DNA of 55,562 nucleotides from a virus: IMG/VR virus record IMGVR_UViG_3300044712_000732, positions 445,776 to 501,337 of that record; one strand, 5' to 3'. Shown piece by piece: positions 52,595 to 55,562 of this stretch (position 1 is its first letter; each line of letters starts with the position of its first letter). The notes under the pieces were generated by a model. It saw only the letters and a program-made list of their open reading frames with translations, ran no database searches and was not told where the DNA came from. The position numbers and the translations under genes were made by a program.

Positions 52595-55562
52595 ATGAGT
52601 GGTCAAACTTTTTATAATCCAGTTGAATATGGTTATGAAATTGAATCTAGGATAGTACCAGAATATAATAATGCTAATCCTAGACAAATTTATGCTATGT
52701 TGGAAGATTATTATCTACATGGTGGGTTTAGGGTTTGTGACACTATTCAAGGTGTATTACCATTTCCAGAAGAATATGAAATAGATATACCAATACCAAA
52801 TTATAGAAATTATATCACATTTGACAAAAGAAAGTTGGGTATGATTGTCTATACTTTAGATGATGGTAAATTTTGGCAATTAATAAATAATCCAAGCGAA
52901 TCTTTCCCACCATATTTTGATCGTAATGATAGAACATTAACAACAAATTTTGATTGGATTGAATTGAATTTTTTTAATTCCTTTGAATCAATAAATTATG
53001 ATAATAGTACAGGTGAATTAATTTTATCATTTAGTAAAACATATAATTCGGGTGCAACATATGAATATAGTGGTAATACTATAACTGAAATAATAACAGG
53101 TTTAACATATTTAAATAATAAATTAAGTGGGTTAACTGATGTTAATACTTCTGAATCAGAAAATTATCAATTTTTAATTTATTATAATGGATTTTGGGTA
53201 AATTCTGGTGTATCATTTACATCTGGAACATCAGGAAATGATGGATCATCTGGTACTTCTGGTGTTGATGGTATATTTTTCGGTAGTTCGGGAAGTTCAG
53301 GTACATCAGGAACAAATGGTACATCAGGAACAAATGGTACATCAGGAACAAATGGTACATCAGGAAGTTCAGGATCATCAGGAAAATCAGGAACAAATGG
53401 TACATCAGGAAGTTCAGGATCATCAGGAAGTTCAGGAACAAATGGTACATCAGGTAGTTCAGGATCATCAGGAAAATCAGGAACAAATGGTACATCAGGT
53501 AGTTCAGGATCATCAGGAAAATCAGGAACAAATGGTACATCAGGTAGTTCAGGATCATCAGGAAAATCAGGAACAAATGGTACATCAGGTAGTTCAGGAA
53601 CAAATGGTACTGATGGTGAATCAGGATTATTTGGTGGTGATAGTCAACCATATAAATTTTCTTCTAATATATCATATGATGATCCTACTAGTTGTTATTT
53701 AAGTTTTAATAACGAAAATTATGATGATATAACTAAAATTTGTGTTAGTATTGAAAATAATGATAATGTTGAAATTGGTGTATGGTTATATAGTTTAACT
53801 GCCAATGGTATGTCTAGATTTAGAATTTTTGATAGAAATAATTCTACAAATTTTATAATATTTAATATAGATAATAGTGTTGATAATGGAACGTGGTTTT
53901 CTTTTGATGTAACAGTAATAACATATAATAATAATTTTAATTTAAATGATAATATTGTTTTAACATATACAGATTCTGGTGATGGTACATCTGGAACATC
54001 AGGTTCATCTGGTGTGGATGGAAATTTTTATGGATCATCAGGAACATCAGGTACGAATGGAACATCAGGTACGAATGGAACATCAGGTACGAATGGAACA
54101 TCAGGTACGAATGGAACATCAGGTACGAATGGAACATCAGGTACGAATGGAACATCAGGTACGAATGGAACATCAGGCACGAATGGAACATCAGGTACGA
54201 ATGGAACATCAGGTACGAATGGAACATCAGGTACGAATGGAACATCAGGTACGAATGGAACATCAGGAACATCAGGCACGAATGGTTCGAACGGTAGTTC
54301 GGGAAGTTCTGGTACTTCAGGTGTAGATGGAAATTTTTATGGGTCATCAGGTAGTTCTGGTAGTTCGGGAACGAATGGTACGTCGGGTAATTCTGGTAGT
54401 TCTGGTAGTTCTGGTAGTTCAGGTACATCAGGTATTGGTACATCAGGAAGTTCGGGTACGTCGGGTACACAAGGATTATTTGGTGGTGATAGTCAACCAT
54501 ATAAATTTTCAACAGATATTATACCATATTTTGGTTATTTAACATATAATAATATTAATCCTGAATTTGTAACTAATATAAATATTAATACCAACAATAT
54601 AGATAATGTAAATATTGGACCATGGCTATTAAATATTTTAGATAATGGGGTATCTAGATTTAAAATTTTTGATAGGATAAATTCTACAAATTTTGCAGTA
54701 TTTATAATAAATAGTAAAGTTGATAATGGTGATTATTTTTCATTTAGTGTAATTAATGTTACATGGAATAATCTTTTTAATATAAATGATAATATAGTTT
54801 TAACATATATTCCTGGTATAAACGGTACATCTGGCACATCTGGCACAAACGGTACATCTGGCACAAATGGCACATCTGGCACATCTGGCACATCTGGCAC
54901 AAACGGTACATCTGGCACAAACGGTACATCTGGCACAAACGGTACATCAGGAAGTTCGGGTACGTCAGGTAATGGTACATCAGGAAGTTCGGGTACGTCA
55001 GGTAATGGTACATCAGGAAGTTCGGGTACGTCAGGTAATGGTACATCAGGAAGTTCAGGTGTTAATGGTACATCAGGAAGTTCAGGTGTTAATGGTACAT
55101 CAGGAAGTTCAGGTGTTAATGGTACATCAGGTAGTTCAGGTGTTAATGGTAGTTCAGGCACATCGGGTAGTTCAGGCACATCAGGTTCAGGTACATCAGG
55201 TAGTTCAGGCACGAATGGTAGTTCAGGTACATCAGGTAGTTCAGGCACGAATGGTAGTTCAGGCACATCGGGTAGTTCAGGTACGAATGGTAGTTCAGGT
55301 ACATCAGGTAGTTCAGGCACATCAGGTAGTTCAGGCACATCAGGTAGTTCAGGTACATCAGGTAGTTCAGGTACATCAGGTAGTTCAGGTACATCAGGTA
55401 GTTCAGGCGTTAATGGTACATCGGGTAGTTCAGGTACGAATGGTAGTTCAGGTACATCAGGTAGTTCAGGCACGAATGGTAGTTCAGGTACATCAGGTAG
55501 TTCAGGCACGAATGGTAGTTCAGGTACATCAGGTAGTTCAGGCACGAATGGTAGTTCAGGTA
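52595..55562 (+). CDS. large modular collagen-like protein, partial (more than 989 aa; continues past the window end)
   Basis: The ATG at 52595 (frame 2) opens an ORF with no stop to the window end, which is why it is missing from the ORF track. It has a ~210-aa N-terminal globular region, then three collagen-like Gly-X-Y blocks (X-Y mostly T-S, T-N, S-S). Each block is followed by ...[13 protein letters not shown]... and a ~95-aa conserved globular module (G.WL..L..NG.SRF.IFDR.NSTNF..F.I.NSVDNG..FSF.V...[13 protein letters not shown]). Confidence 0.8.
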   Translation, partial: MSGQTFYNPVEYGYEIESRIVPEYNNANPRQIYAMLEDYYLHGGFRVCDTIQGVLPFPEEYEIDIPIPNYRNYITFDKRKLGMIVYTLDDGKFWQLINNPSESFPPYFDRNDRTLTTNFDWIELNFFNSFESINYDNSTGELILSFSKTYNSGATYEYSGNTITEIITGLTYLNNKLSGLTDVNTSESENYQFLIYYNGFWVNSGVSFTSGTSGNDGSSGTSGVDGIFFGSSGSSGTSGTNGTSGTNGTSGTNGTSGSSGSSGKSGTNGTSGSSGSSGSSGTNGTSGSSGSSGKSGTNGTSGSSGSSGKSGTNGTSGSSGSSGKSGTNGTSGSSGTNGTDGESGLFGGDSQPYKFSSNISYDDPTSCYLSFNNENYDDITKICVSIENNDNVEIGVWLYSLTANGMSRFRIFDRNNSTNFIIFNIDNSVDNGTWFSFDVTVITYNNNFNLNDNIVLTYTDSGDGTSGTSGSSGVDGNFYGSSGTSGTNGTSGTNGTSGTNGTSGTNGTSGTNGTSGTNGTSGTNGTSGTNGTSGTNGTSGTNGTSGTNGTSGTNGTSGTSGTNGSNGSSGSSGTSGVDGNFYGSSGSSGSSGTNGTSGNSGSSGSSGSSGTSGIGTSGSSGTSGTQGLFGGDSQPYKFSTDIIPYFGYLTYNNINPEFVTNININTNNIDNVNIGPWLLNILDNGVSRFKIFDRINSTNFAVFIINSKVDNGDYFSFSVINVTWNNLFNINDNIVLTYIPGINGTSGTSGTNGTSGTNGTSGTSGTSGTNGTSGTNGTSGTNGTSGSSGTSGNGTSGSSGTSGNGTSGSSGTSGNGTSGSSGVNGTSGSSGVNGTSGSSGVNGTSGSSGVNGSSGTSGSSGTSGSGTSGSSGTNGSSGTSGSSGTNGSSGTSGSSGTNGSSGTSGSSGTSGSSGTSGSSGTSGSSGTSGSSGTSGSSGVNGTSGSSGTNGSSGTSGSSGTNGSSGTSGSSGTNGSSGTSGSSGTNGSSG
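53222..53640 (+). repeat. collagen-like Gly-X-Y coding repeat block 1 (9-bp period, 18-bp super-period ggaacaaatggtacatca)
   Basis: Triplet periodicity with Gly at every third codon in the 52595 frame. It creates shadow ORFs on five other frames. Confidence 0.8.
53985..54480 (+). repeat. collagen-like Gly-X-Y coding repeat block 2 (near-perfect 18-bp unit ggtacgaatggaacatca x~13)
   Basis: Read directly from the sequence at 54040-54290, flanked by more degenerate GSS/GTS triplets. Confidence 0.8.
54825..55562 (+). repeat. collagen-like Gly-X-Y coding repeat block 3 ([12 protein letters not shown] triplets, runs to the window edge)
   Basis: 9-bp and 18-bp periodic units (ggcacatct, ggtagttcaggtacatca and similar). 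Confidence 0.8.

Noticed and set aside
53208-55545. Many mid-sized ORFs on five other frames and both strands over the collagen region. They are Gln/His/Met-rich (MVHQEQ...), Pro/Asp/Val-rich ([10 protein letters not shown]...) and Tyr/Leu/Met-rich (YLMFHS...) repeats.
   Set aside because: All are frame-shadows of the 9-bp/18-bp Gly-X-Y coding periodicity of the real +2-frame gene that starts at 52595. A repeat with period divisible by 3 stays open in every frame. Only the Gly-X-Y frame is contiguous with non-repetitive flanking domains and a proper start.
53222-55562. Possible CRISPR array, because of the highly regular short direct repeats.
   Set aside because: The period is 9 or 18 bp with no unique spacers, strictly in-frame with a long ORF, and no cas genes are nearby. 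This is a coding minisatellite, not a CRISPR.
1-55562. tRNA or rRNA genes.
   Set aside because: In ~25% GC DNA a tRNA would stand out as a 70-90 bp G+C-richer island in a spacer. I inspected the spacers and found none. The spacers I checked were 339-375, 3193-3638, 14514-14687, 23259-23342, 24672-24776, 35884-35972, 47620-47815 and 51448-51496. The only G+C clusters are the terminator stems. No rRNA-like conserved blocks were seen.

Overview
The window is very AT-rich (roughly 25% GC by eye), gene-dense, and has no rRNA or tRNA that I can see. I support about 75 protein-coding genes, arranged in long co-directional blocks. Minus-strand blocks run about 14.5 to 9.5 kb and 28.3 to 15.3 kb. Plus-strand blocks run 36.7 to 38.5 kb and 45.0 kb to the window end.

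Gene boundaries look bacterial or phage-like. There are GC-clamped hairpins followed by T-runs sitting between convergent genes, frequent ATGA-type start/stop overlaps, and lipoprotein-like signal peptides.

Products I recognise with reasonable confidence are:
- thymidine kinase (truncated at the window start)
- a cupin
- a radical-SAM enzyme
- a NusG/UpxY-like KOW protein
- a multi-S1-domain protein
- a ClpS adaptor plus a ClpA/ClpC-type AAA+ unfoldase
- nicotinate phosphoribosyltransferase (PncB) and nicotinamidase (PncA) flanking a ParB-like gene
- a single-polypeptide SbcD(Mre11)-SbcC(Rad50) fusion
- a solitary, intact TnpB (IS605 OrfB / Fanzor-like) nuclease
- a Bacteroidetes-type T9SS C-terminal-domain surface protein with visibly higher GC, next to two divergent ribbon-helix-helix ORFs
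- an ankyrin-repeat protein
- two putative homing-endonuclease-like PD-(D/E)xK proteins
- a candidate R-S-E ADP-ribosyltransferase
- very large Asn/Thr/Tyr-rich fibre-like proteins
- collagen-like (Gly-X-Y) proteins, including one partial gene of about 990 aa or more at the 3' edge that is missing from the ORF track

The least expected pattern is a family of at least eight small, otherwise unrelated proteins that share an N-terminal MKYLKxFE motif and/or a C-terminal (A)KKYNI(I/L) tail. They are clustered at 6.6–10.2 kb, 36.7–39.5 kb and 45.4–47.6 kb.

No capsid, terminase or polymerase gene lies in this window. I therefore cannot decide between a large dsDNA virus (jumbo phage or giant-virus-like) and an AT-rich mobile or accessory region of a bacterium with Bacteroidetes affinities. 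All functional calls are from motif recognition by eye, with no database search.
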